This document shows positions 12,101 through 24,100 of a stretch of DNA of 60,000 nucleotides, in pieces. The position numbers were made by a program, and so were the translations under genes. Origin of the DNA: Botryllus schlosseri (lineage: Eukaryota). Under the pieces are notes generated by a model. That model searched no databases. It was not told the DNA's origin and was given only the letters and a program-made list of their open reading frames with translations. The stretch spans positions 5,148,001 through 5,208,000 of the forward strand of contig CM119372.1 of NCBI GenBank assembly GCA_051294905.1, in the 5' to 3' direction. Within the stretch, counting starts at the first letter, position 1; every line of letters begins with the position of its first letter.

Positions 12101-15100
12101 TATAGACAACATTGTCAGAATGAAGCAACACGGTGCATCACCAGCAAGCAGTGTGCACACAACTTCAGTGTTGTGAGCTAACAACTGCTGCTGTTGAACG
12201 TTCTTTCTCCATTCTTGGCAAGCTACTTGGTAAGAACAGACACTTTCTACCCGAGATAGCGCAGTGGTATAATCCGCGACTGCAACACCAATGGGTGTGG
12301 GTTCGATTCCGACCGAGGTCGACTTCATAATTCCGATGGCTAAGTGTTGGGTGTTTACCTAGGCTCCGCCTCGCCACCTCATCCGCGTAAGCGGTGTCTT
12401 ACAAAAAAGCCTACAGGTGGACCGTGCTATATGTTGGCAGTTACGGAAAATAATGAAGAATATCGGCCTGGTGTAAATGACCATAGTAGTTGACAAACAC
12501 CATGAATACCACAAAACAAACAAACAAAACAAACACTTTTTACCCGAGAATGTAGGAAAGTGTCTTTCGTTGTACTACAACAAATTTTAATTATTCCACC
12601 ATAATACGTAATGTAACTACTGCAATTCTTCATAGGGCCAGATTTCGTTAAAATACTAGTTTTTTCATGTAAAAATGTGTCAGTTTTTTAGCCAAAAACG
12701 TTCTTTCAGGCCAATCTACTTTGTAAGGACAGACAGTTCCAACCAGAAATGAAGATAAGTAGTACAATTTTAACATTATGTGCGAAAACACCTAATTTGC
12801 ATACGTGAGGTCAAAATTTGGTCAAATTTCATTTTTTTTAGGTCAAAAAAAGTCAAAATTTAGATTTTTTAGGTCAAAATCATCCGTTTTTTAGGTCAAA
12901 AAAAAAATCGCCCTAATTATCACATCATGTCTATGAATGGAATATGTATATAACGATCGCCCAAAATGTTGTGTTAATCATCCAATAAGGGCCCAAGTCC
13001 ATCGTTTTTTACATATTTTTCTTTATCTTTAAGGTTCATTTACGTCATCGAATTTTTCGCCCCCCCCCAAATATTTTTTCTGGCTACGCCCTTGAAATTG
13101 GCTAATATGTATCTTAAGCTAGAGTTGCCATACATCCGGAATTTCTCGGACATGTCCGAATTTCACTGAAAAATCTGCGTCCGGGACCGAGAGGAATTTC
13201 TAAAATATGCCTAAATATCCGGAATTTTGAAGGCTTGAAGCAGGCTCAAAAGTCTTTCTTAACTCAACATAAACAATATTATTTTCAAGCAGATTTACGC
13301 TATTCAAAATTGTTCTTCGGGCCGCGCGCGAGTTAATGCAACGTATACTGATATTAGTATGGGCACCAGGCACCACCATCGCCAAAAATGCAATCGAAAT
13401 AAATATAAATAACCATCATTTACTGAAATAAGTCTGATTGTAAAACCCTTCTCGGCCCAACAAGTTTTTGGGTTTTGTACAAGAACGTCTACTAGTGCTT
13501 GGATATAGTCAGGTCTTGAAATCTGTTCTGAACTCCATCCAAAATACAACGTATTATTCACGAGTGAAAAATGCTTGCTGGAAGAAATCGATTTTGAGAG
13601 CTGACAAAAAGGTCTGGGAGACTACAGTATAGGCCTATGTGGAAAGGGTGAAAAACCCACTTATTTGTGTTGAGGCTCGCTACCTGATGATACGTTGCTC
13701 CAACTTTTTTTTCGATTTCCCATTTTCTGTCTTGCGGGTAGGCCTATGTGGGAAGAGCAAATAAATTCACGATACTGTGTGTTCTGCTCTTTAGCTCAAT
13801 CTATCTTGAGAATTCATAACAGTTTAATACTAATAATAGTTTTTTGGACTACCACCAAAATCAGAGTTTTTGTGGCATCTCGCGACCAGAGCCTCACCCA
13901 TGAAAAGGAATTCATTTGTAATACTACAGTAGTACGCTACGATTTTACGAACGTGTATGACATAAAGAACTCGCACACCACAATTCTATCCAACACAGCT
14001 CTACAAAATATGTCTGACGTACGCGATTTCAAATTAGGGTGAATTAAATTCTTCTGCCTGTCGCAGTTGTACTACTGTCTACTCAGATCGCAAGAACGGG
14101 ACTATTCCGTGCCGACAACGGGGCATATCCATATCGAATGTTTATGTTCGACGTCAAAACTTTACGTCTTCATGTGACCCGACGCTGAAGTGGTTGGCCT
14201 CGAAATGAACATAATTTTTTGCAATAAAGTCAACAAACATTACATGCATATTAGCAGATAGCTATCATACTAGCAGATAGCCCTTGAATTTCCTATAAGG
14301 TTTATTTGAATTATTCCAGGTCAGAAAAAGTACCAATTATTGTTCACTATTTTCATTCGCACCCATCCGCGATTTTCATTCGCCCCATTCGCACCACCTT
14401 CGTCATTCGCACTGCAATTTTTTTCATTCGCACAAGTGCGAACCGTCACACAGGTTGAAAAGCACTGGTCTAGGGTAATGTTAATTTTACTTCAATTACT
14501 CATGGGCCACATGGAAGTTTCTGGAAGCGGTACGTGCGCTGTACAAAATCGACATGTAGACAGTACTATTGAAATTTCCATTAATTTTCCAGAATGCACT
14601 GACATAAGCCCAAGTATTTGCCACTCGATTGGGTCGTTTTGTGATCGCGAACCATACAAATCGTACGCAAGAAGGAACTGCCCCATTACATGTAAACAGT
14701 GCCCCGAAGGTGCTCTTGGTTGTTCCTGATGCATTAAACTAAACTATAATGAGGTACGTCTGTATTCTTACCTAGACTTGGACCCTATCGGACTGTGTCG
14801 GAATGATACAGTTTGTGATCACGAATGTGCCGTCGCGGATGAAACGAAAAAATATTGCTCATGCTATCTGGGATACGAATTAGTTGGAACCGGCGAATGT
14901 CGAGGTAAATTCTTCAAATATAATCGAAAATTACCGTTTTATGTTTGGATGGATATATAGATGCATTATAGTATAGGCTTAAATAATGCCGTCATATCAC
15001 ATGAATGTCGACATTTAGGTACCGATTAATACTTCGTATATATTGGCCAGCATAATATTCAGTACGTAGATAACAACAGGGGCTAAGGTATATTTAATAT

Positions 15101-18100
15101 AAACACAGCACATACATGAAGCAGCGGTTTATATCGAAAAACCCCGTACCTTTAAATTGAGATGAGTCAACAATGGACGCTAATCAACGTTAGGGTTGCA
15201 TTTAAAACAAATGGTAGTTTAAAACTCTTTGTTTAAAACATGTTCAAGCAGTAATTGTGTAAATACTTTCCAAAAAACATGTTGTATTAGCCTACGGACA
15301 ATGACCACCCGATATAGCCGACGTATATCGATATGGGATGGTTGGAACCCCCCAACTAGTCGGTTCAACAGCTATAGTACAGATATTTCATCAAAGGACT
15401 TATATTTACCATATATTTTTAATTGTCAATGCCAATCCACTATGGCGTCACTATTGGATATTCGTGACGACGTGGCCTAAAAATATCTTTAACCAGGACT
15501 ACATCGTCTTGCAGCATGATTACGGTCAGCGGTCATCATCATCAGAACATTCATTTCGTACCAATCATCTATATATCTACGCACTATAGCTGTCGAACGG
15601 ACTATTTCGAGGGTTCCAACCATTCCATATACAGCTTATCGGGTGGTAATCGTCGTCCGTAGGCTCATACAACATGTTTTTGGAAAGTATTTACACAATT
15701 ATGGCATAATTCTACAGCTTGAAAAATATTTTTATTGAATTTGTTTAAAACACCGTTTGTTTTAAATGCAACCCTAACTATATGCGTACGCATATAAATA
15801 TATCCGAATATTACAAATCAAATGCAAAACTTATAGCGGTTAATTTCCGAAAACACACAATACATTTAGTATGCTTTAAACTTGCAATGGTTATTTTAGA
15901 TGTCGACGAATGCAAACTGCCTATACCGGCATGTAATATAGGGAACTTTTGTGTCAACTCGCCGGGAGGCTTCGCGTGTGAAAGCGTGCAGTGTATAGAC
16001 GACCCCACCGCAGTGCCATACATGGGCCGACCAGAATGCTGTAGGAAAGAGCCCGGTAAGGTTATTTTCCAGTAAAATTGATTTACCAATTCGACGTAAA
16101 CTTCGAACGATGTCTTTCGACTTGGAGTCATAATTTCACATCGCTGCTTATTCCGCCAGTTAATGCACCCTGTGGAATAATTCGAGCAAAATCAGTGCGA
16201 CGAATTGTCGGAGGAAACTACTCTTACGCCGGCCAGTGGCCGTGGCAGGTGGGCAAATTTGATCTTAAAGTGATATGAATTGCACCATTCTATTTTCTCA
16301 ATTTTCTCTAAAGATATTGATGTACACCAACAGAGCTGTCATTTGCGGAGGAACATTGCTCAGCAACAATTGGGTTCTAACGGCAGCCCATTGTTTCAGG
16401 TTGGTTCATATTTCATTTCGAGAGACCTGTGCACATAATTGTCTTATTGAGTTGATGCTGTAGTGATCATTCGTCGAATACGGTGGTGGAATTGCACGCC
16501 GGGGTCCTCGAAGTGGATGAGTTGCATTTGGCACGAGTCCAGACCAGAAAACCGAAGAGGGTAAGTTAATTCCGTCTGATGTGTTGTTTTGAATTGTATT
16601 ATCAACACGAAGTCTCAGGCAAAACTATCGGTTCCACAGTATTTCATAAATGATAGCGCGATGCCATCCTCTGATACAACGTCCAGGTTATTCAATTGGC
16701 ATCTAAAATTACTACGTCACAGATATAGTAAAATCTGTGACAGGATATTGCAAACGGCAGCAAGGCACGAATGATGTCTTGAAATATTCCATAACAAAGT
16801 GTAGGACATGTAAGGACCAGTCCATTTATTTTCAGATCATCACATATTTTGGTCCCTCTGAGACAGGGGTCGGAAGCCTTTTTCGTCAAAGGATCGAGCC
16901 ATATTCACCCTATATTGCAATTGCCATTTCACTGTGATGTCACAGTTAATGATTCGTGAATCGTGACCTCATGGCTAAAAAACATCAGCAACAAAACAAG
17001 CGCTGGGAAGTTATTGGGGCGCCGACAAGCGTGGCGTAACAGTGCAGATGGTGTTATAGTTGTCATAGGGATAATAGTTCTATATATCCTTGAGACCTCG
17101 TTGCAAATTTCATGCATTCATTCATTCCAAACAAAATTCATCAATTAACCAAAATTTTCATCTCGCTTTGCGTGAAATATACCGACGATATATTAAGGGT
17201 TTGCATGAATGCAGTGGTTACTATTCATCTAAAATGTGTTTATTACGCTTCATGTGCGTACTTTTAGACAGAAAAATCTTCGTTAACACAGTTCGATCAC
17301 ACTAGATAAGGGTTTCCCGACAAAATATTTCGAGCTAGGTATTATTGCAGCACACTGCGTCTCGAAATCCGGAAGCGTGGTTCTATACTGCTTTTTAGAG
17401 TGACAGCCATTTGTACAGTAGACATGATATAAAGCAGGGGTGGGCAATTATTTTCCTCCGCGGGCCAAATGAAAAAAATAAATACGTTGGCGGGCCGAGT
17501 GAAATTTTTTAGCTATATTCTCCAGCGTATTTTAATTCTATTTCTAAATTACATTCCTAATAAATGCTACTCAGTGAATCTGTTGATATTAGGTAATGAG
17601 AAAGTGACGGTTGATTAAAAAATATCTATGTGCGGTCATGATTCGTAACATTGTTAAACATGATACATTTTTGCTCTCTTAAAACCCCTATCCACGTTCT
17701 TCTATTATGAATTTAAAACAGTGGTTCTCAAACTTTTTCAGGCACGCCTCTTTTATGATAGTGGACAATTTTCGAGCCCCTCATCATGATATTACAAAAC
17801 ACTAAAAAGTGCAACCGGAATGCTGGTAATCCCAATAGATAGTTTGATAGCATGGAAGATTATGGCTGTTAATAAGAAAATTGTGACATAATAATCGGAT
17901 AATACACAAAGCAACAACTATAAGCTGGGTTTATATCGCGCGGACCGCGAAAAAATTTTTCAATAAACTTCGGCTTCGCGCCACCCCTCTGATGCTTTCA
18001 CGTCTCTCAGTTTGAGAACCATTGTACTGAAATGTATATGCAATAGTACAAAGCTTATTTTCTTGGTCGCTGCCTTCCGAGCAGTGCGCAGCTAAAATGA

Positions 18101-21100
18101 ACTTTATGTTGAACGAAGCTTGCAGTTTTTCTGAACTTCGCCCTCCCTTGACTGAGTGTTTTTTCGTGTTTTTGTCATAAGACCGACTTTGGTGAAATTC
18201 TTAATCTCGGCGTCATGCTCGGAAAAAACTGAAAGGACGGGTTTACCTCTGACTCCAGTGTTCTAAATTCTAAACTTAAACCTTGTTTGAATTTCAGTTT
18301 CGGCTTTCTTTTTTGGGCATGACCGTTAATCGTTTGTGTGCTGATAGATATGATGAGTGATATAGTATTCGCAAGCACTGATTGACTTGTTTTACGAATC
18401 AGTGATTTGGAACATATCACGTAGCAAATTGAAACTCATATACCGTATAATGCGTTAGTTGACAATGGCAACTAGGAAGGTTTGAACTAAACTATATCAA
18501 AAAAGCGATTTCTTGTGTCTTCAATTGCTACTCATACTTTGCCACCTTGCCTTTATATTGAATCTGGACTACGCATGCGTAGGGAAGCGTTATCGTGGCA
18601 CATTATTGAACATGCTTCAAAGTAAACGAATTTCCTGTTCATTTGATATAGTCAGTTTTAGTCATTCAAAAAGCAAGTTTTATTTTTGAATTCCAAGCAA
18701 CCTTTCGCGGGCCGCACAGAATAGCTTCGCGGGCCGCACTTTGCCCAGGCCTGATATAAAGCTTTCTATTAGAATGATTATACCTTTGTTTTCGAGAACT
18801 ACAAAATACAACGTCACCGAATCGGGCTGTGTGCATTGGGCTTGGAATATGAGCCCTTTCCTAACAGGTGCAATAAGAACCTTGATTTGATCCCGAAAAT
18901 ATAGTGCATACAATTAAATTAGTCGAGTGGTCAACGGGCGCGATGCGTGAAATATTTCCAATAGTCAATTCCAAACCAGAAAAAATCGACTGGACTTGGA
19001 CCTCTACGGCTCTACCCCGCCGTCTTTAGTACAGTCCTTGAAATTTGGGGTGGGGGAGTGCAGACCATGCAAATTTCCAAAAGGGGCGCTGGGAGAAATA
19101 AAAGTTAAGAACCACTGATCTAGGCACATCCTGGCCATTGTAGCCATGGCCACAGTAGTCTCAAAACACCATGAATACAACAACCATTCAGTATAGTAAG
19201 GTGCGCGAAATGCTCATTTCTTTTTAGTTTATCACATACCCTGGATGGGACAAGAGTATGTTTCAAATCAACGATATAGCTCTGATAGAACTAGATAGCC
19301 CAGTCACTTTCAATGATTATATATCGCCAGTGTGTTTACCTAACGGAGAAACAGTTAAAACTGGAACAACGTGTTTCGCTGCTGGTTGGGGGATTACCGG
19401 TATGACAACATTGTTCCAAATGCGATCAAATAATTGTACCACATAACCATATCATTTTAGGTCAAGACGAAGTGCTGCCCTCCACAATGCAGCCATCCAC
19501 ATTTCTTCAGCATGAGAGTCTGCAAATTGTTGATCGGGAAAAATGTGAAGAGAGTTATAAAAACAACAGGTTAAGAGTTAATGAGACAATCATGGTCTGT
19601 GCGGGATACGACGAAGGTCACAAAGACGCCTGTTATAAAGGTGTGGTATGCACAATTGCACATGCGCATCAAATAGTCACTCATCAAAAAGAATCGTTCA
19701 CTAATTGCAGGAGACTCCGGCGGTCCCTTAGTTTGCCAACGCTGCGACAGTTGCGGTTGGTTTGTCGCGGGAGTCATTTCGTTCGGAGGTAGATGCGCAC
19801 AAACGGGGAAATACCGAGTGTACACTGATGTAATGTACTATGAAGATTGGATAGCGAGAGAAACCGGAATTCACTTATCGAAGACCAACACTTGTACAGG
19901 ACCACGTAAGTTTAATGGTTGTCAACTACGTAGTACATACCTATCATATACATACTCTTTCGTGGTAATGAATCCATGGGATGCATTCACAGAGCTCACG
20001 AATTGGAGTGAGTGGTCCCAGTGTCCGACAACGTGCGGATACAAAGCCATTAAGAAGAGAACAAGGCGATGCCTCCATAAGGGTCAAAATAGCTCTGGTT
20101 GCGTTGGAGTGTTAAAGGATCAAAAGCAATGCCCCAGAAAGCCATGTCCAAGTATGGTATTATGTATAATGGCGAGGAATAGCGTCATTATCACTATTGT
20201 CACCACGTGATATTCAGGACTCAGCTCGTGGAGTGTTTGGACGCCCTGCTCAAAAGAGTGTGGCTCAGGCATTCAAAGTAGAGTAAGAGAATGCTTTCAC
20301 GGAGAGCTTGGTCTCGAGGAGTGCCCAGTGTCAGGATCTTTTCAGATTACAGTAAGTTGATATGCGATGAGAGTCAATTGGATGATCCCTGTAATGCTAT
20401 GCGACAACGATCGCAGAACAATCATAGCAATGTTCTCATTCAGAAATGTAACACAATGCCATGTGCAAAATGGGGAAATTGGGACACCTGGGGCCAGTGC
20501 TCGCAAACTTGTGACAGTGGAAAAAGGAAGCGGTCACGTAGTTGCATGAATACATTACCAGGCCAGAATTGCCTTGGCAAGCCCGTGGAGGAAGAGTCTT
20601 GCAATACTGCAGCGTGCCCCAGTAAGGCTTTCGTAACATTCCACACATATCAATGCCAATCTACTATATACTACTGACGTGATATTGTAACACCTGCATT
20701 TATAAAGCCATGTAGTCGGTGGTACATGGTGCAGCCAGACTCACAAATCCAATTCGGCTAATCAGGGGTTCTCAAAGGGTGGGCCACAGGAGCATTTGAG
20801 GTGGGCCACAAAGCTATTTAGAAATTTTTTGAATTATTGTAAGTTCAGCGATATTTGTTATCTTAAACGCTAAAAATATATTCATAAAGCTTTTCACCCG
20901 ACTCTGATAAGACGCAGTGGCACATATGGAGTCAGAATGTACAACTAGAAAACGGGATGGGCAAACGGCGTCTTTTTCCACTGGTTATGAAAACCTACGG
21001 CTAACCCCATCAAAAATAATTTGGAGTATATAATAACTGGACGGTAATGCTGAAGTAACCAAGCACTCCGGTAGGATCATATGTCATATGCCGTTGAAAG

Positions 21101-24100
21101 GGGTGTGCAATAAACTCGAATGAAGTGCCATTGATGTATAGATTTACTGTACTTCGGCAGGTCGTATTATTGTAAGATAAAAATACCAATAATTGCAAAT
21201 TATTAGCAACTTCTGAAGAAGGTATACTGCACCACCGCAACGAATCGTAATGGATTGAGGATTTGGCGGAGCGCATTAATCTTTGAAGTCGGTTTAAAAT
21301 GTCCGGCCTGGAAATCATTGTACATAATGTAAGAGTCACATGAAATAATGGTATCACTGGATTGGATCGCAACTTTAGTTGGTTTGGTACAAGACATACA
21401 ATGTACATTGTACAGCATGCATGATAAAAAACTACTTCTCCACTTCTCTGTAGTACCCCATTCATTAATGGATTATTCGATGCTGGCCCAGAATGATTAT
21501 ATTATTCCCACAATTGTGGAACTAAAACCCCAATCACACATTGTATTTCGCGACGCGAAGGGAGAAGAGGACGATCATAATATACAGTGCAGATTTAGCC
21601 TGTGATGGGCCGTAACTGCCGCACCTAAACCCAAAATTGGGGGAGATTGAGGGGGTCCAAGGTTATTTCGTTGGTCGTTTGTTGGAGGATATTCATTCAA
21701 CTTGAAAATTTTCTTCGCGCTTCCTGCGATTTCATGTCCCGAGAGATCTACATTTAAAAATCATCCGTATATTAAGAGTAAAATGCGCATATTTTAGGGA
21801 AATGGGTATATCGGCACCATCGGTTAACACGCATTAAACGGGATTATTGCTCTAGGATAAGATGTGGGCCACAGCATACTTTCAAACCGGACATTGGGTC
21901 ACGGCCAAGAAAGGGCTGAGAACCCCTGGGCTAGGCCAATTTCCTAGTTTTTGATGACGCCGCGGGCCGCGGCATCAATAATAGGGATATTCAGTGTATA
22001 ATTTCCAAGGAGGTCTTATTTGACGGAAGCTTGCAGACAGGCATTCCACAAGCATCGCGAGAATGTAATTTACTATTGTATTGACAAGAAAAAAATTACA
22101 TTTTCAAATATTTGAATAAAATTGTTTTGCGCAGGGCATAATTTGTTAAAATATTGAGTTATAGACATCATGCAGGACGATGCATCATCAGGCTGTCGGG
22201 CTCTAAAATTGCAGTTAGTGGACCTTTGACGTGGCACAATTTTATGTAGAATATTTTAAAATCTACTGAAGATTGATCTGATATCAGAGCATTTGAGCGG
22301 TGGAGCCTAATCCGGGTTTTGATATAGTCTTAATAAGTGGGCTATGGTCACTGTCAAAGTCAAATGAAATCAGCGTAAGATTTTGCCTACGATTATAATT
22401 GGAACATATCAATAACAAGTTAATTCTTAACCTTAGCGATCGTACCCCTCGTGCTTCCAATCAGATTTCTCGTAGCCCCTGTTCATTTTCAACACAATTT
22501 TTGATGGTACCTACATTAAAATCAGAAAAACCTATTTCCATAAATTCGCGCGTAGCGCGAAGACCATTTTCTCGTTGAATAAATTTGCCAAAAAAAATAC
22601 TCCGCACGCTGTAGGCCTAATTCCACAATACATCTCGCACCCACTAGTGTGATGCCCGAATGGGTCTACGGGTCCTGGTTAAGAACCCCTAGAATAGAAA
22701 TGTCCAATCGCCGATGAATTCATTGGTGTTGCAGCTATGGAGCAGCGTACTACTACCTTACTCGACACCGATAATAACATAACTAAAGAGAACAAACAAC
22801 ACCCAGCATGTAACCAATTATACATTACGGGCGTCTGTAGGATTACCAAGTCACCGTTCCGATTCGCAACTCCTTCTCTGATTTTAACGTTTCACCCGAC
22901 TCAACTCGAATTATTTTTATTTAATCATCAAGTCAATCCGAAATCGAGTAATTTTACGAACGGTCGCACCAAACCAAATCACAATTTTCAGTCAAGAATC
23001 ATCAACGGGTCCTGTTTTATCATCATGAACTAGAGAGTGACGTAATAGCTGATTTTCTATACCGCATGATAGCTTTTAAAAGTGATGTGTTGTGTAGTTT
23101 GTTGAGATTTCAGTGGTTTTATAGTAGTTTTAGGGCGAACTTTTACGTTCTTATATCTAAAAAAAGATATATGACACTTGAATATTTTGTCGAATACTTG
23201 AAAGCGAGAGTTACGATATGATGTTCTCAATTTGCGAGCCATTCAACAAAAATGTCATTACGCCGCCAATGCCTAATCTGTCGCTGATTGCACTAAGCAG
23301 TAAAACCTGCAATCATAGAGAATGCACTCGTAGACTGTAGGTGTAGGCGTTATTACTAGTAATAGAAAACAACGATTCCGGTCTTTGTCTTCAGCCATAT
23401 TCAACATACTTCAGCTTTCAGTGATTGGACGACATGGGGACCATGTACCAAGACGTGTGGGAGCGGTGAACAGTCGCGCTCCAGAACATGTTTTCACACA
23501 CAGAATCCACTTGACTGTGTAGGAGATGCATCTCAGACACGATTTTGCATCGAGAAAGTATGCCCTGCCAAAAGGAGCAGTTGGACGGCCTGGTCGTCAT
23601 GTAGTATGACATGCGGAGATGGGGTCAGGGAGAGAAGTCGCAGTTGCCAGGTTAATGCGATAATGATGCTATTGCAGACAGAATTTGTATTTTACCATTT
23701 TAAATATACCAGGGCGGGAGGACAGTTCAGGCGACCTGTAATAATGGACGAGAAAAAAATTACGAGAACTGCACGACGACACCATGTACTTCGCAATGGT
23801 CGGCCTGGGAGCAATGGCAGGAGTGCACGCAAAGTCATTCATTTAGAATTAAACCCCGTTTCAAATCTACATGTGTGATTCAATTACAGCATGTGGTAAA
23901 GGTGTGAGGCGTCGTGTAAGGTCATGCACAGGTGCCGAGGTTGGTCAAGCGGGATGTGTCCCATTTTCCAATCACGTGGAAAATGAATCGTGCAATGAGC
24001 AGGAATGCGAAGGTCTGATGTGTATAATTAATTTCACATGCTGCGAATTGGTATCTAAACGGATTCCTCGATACACAGAATGCGTGGACTTCTACGAAGA

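Larger units (their letters stand above)
9387..13094. mobile_element. Non-autonomous DNA transposon (GGCGTAGCCAG-type ends), second copy at 51265-53171
   Basis: TIRs CACTGGCGTAACCAG/CTGGCTACGCCCTTG, TSD AAATTGGC, long colinear similarity to 51265-53171. Confidence 0.9.
9246..14467. mobile_element. hAT-type MITE host of a 5.2-kb nested cluster, inserted in a splice acceptor of gene B
   Basis: Perfect 15-bp TIR CAGTGCTTTTCAACC/GGTTGAAAAGCACTG, TSD GTCTAGGG (9238-9245, 14468-14475), TCATTCGCAC subterminal repeats. Confidence 0.93.

Noticed and set aside
12133..12330. Active hAT transposase
   Set aside because: Only a short dimerization-motif remnant, interrupted by a SINE. No long transposase ORF is visible in the window.
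21010..21465. 151-aa minus-strand ORF
   Set aside because: Lies inside an intronic MITE, has no recognisable motif, and is probably a chance ORF.
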